Origin: an uncultured bacterium
GTDB taxonomy: Bacteria > Auribacterota > JACPWU01
Length of the DNA: 32,000 nucleotides
NCBI GenBank assembly: GCA_964640155.1
Contig: CAZXEQ010000006.1
Span: 99,013-131,012 of the forward strand
Direction of reading: 5' to 3'
Positions within the stretch are counted from its first letter, which is position 1. Every line of letters begins with the position of its first letter. Below the pieces are notes generated by a model. That model was not told the DNA's origin. It searched no databases and saw only the letters and a program-made list of their open reading frames with translations. The translations under genes were made by a program, and so were the position numbers. Positions 31,495 through 32,000 of this stretch are shown piece by piece.

Positions 31495-32000
31495 GATTCA
31501 CCTCCAACCTCAATGCTTCAATCTTTTGTAATAAGTCTTCCACGTTCAATCTAGGACTTTCTAAATTTTTATGCCTAAAACGAAGCACCTTTTCTAAATC
31601 TTTAAATGAACTTTTTGTAATACCCTCTCTTATTCTTTCAACTAACTTTAAAGGATCTAAGGATTCCCCTCCATATTGAAGTATCATATATTGAAAAGCA
31701 TTTAAAAGAAAAATTTGTTCTTTCTTCTCATCTAAAAAGCCTTGAATGTGATAAACCAATTTTTCCATATTTTGAATATATTCCAACCAACTCCTCCCTT
31801 TCAATCTTCCATCCATAAAATCGATAAGCATCAAAGAACTTTTCCCTTTTGCTTGCAAAACTTTCTGTGTCCATTCATCCATTTGTTCTAAACGCTGATT
31901 GACTTCTTCATAGGTTGGCAAAGCAACATTGAAAGTGGTTCCTTTGTCCACTTCACTTTCTACCCATAATCCACCTTGATGCGCTAACACCAACTGTTTA
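31484..32000 (-). CDS. Sensor histidine kinase, C-terminal part (N-terminus beyond window) with a ~140-aa unassigned tail
   Basis: The frame is open to the window edge. LAHQGGLWVESEVDKGTTFNVALP is the G2-box end of an HATPase_c domain. It overlaps the ParB-like gene by 11 nt. Confidence 0.7.
   Translation of the reverse strand, partial: KQLVLAHQGGLWVESEVDKGTTFNVALPTYEEVNQRLEQMDEWTQKVLQAKGKSSLMLIDFMDGRLKGRSWLEYIQNMEKLVYHIQGFLDEKKEQIFLLNAFQYMILQYGGESLDPLKLVERIREGITKSSFKDLEKVLRFRHKNLESPRLNVEDLLQKIEALRLEVNRDR

Overview
Low-GC bacterial chromosomal segment. I could not recognise any rRNA, tRNA, CRISPR array, transposase or integrase. Housekeeping blocks are the 3' end of sdhB (2-451), a co-directional LysR-gltB-gltD unit (7403-14627, minus strand) and a histidine kinase / ParB-like / metallophosphoesterase operon (29906-32000, minus strand). 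Accessory content is a translationally coupled heavy-metal RND efflux operon (1145-7280: TolC-like, unusually short adaptor, CusA/CzcA pump) bracketed by two small Cys/His-rich exported proteins, plus five toxin-antitoxin-type pairs (RHH/RelE, DUF433/DUF5615, HTH/AbiEii, HicB/HicA, Phd-like/RelE). The main feature is one uninterrupted 3,833-codon ORF (17516-29017, minus strand). By motif reading it strings together a leader peptide, a class I SAM-methyltransferase fold, a TM segment, an MBL-fold hydrolase, an internal Sec-type signal peptide followed by a beta-barrel-like region, a CPBP-type intramembrane protease signature and a long helical C-terminal half with one HExxH site and several degenerate look-alikes. 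This ORF is bracketed by TA modules and carries dispersed palindromic repeat units and heptanucleotide tracts read through in frame. A diverged, frameshifted copy of its last ~36-50 codons lies on the far side of the hicBA cassette. All domain calls come from motif reading by eye, with no database search. Lineage is not determined.
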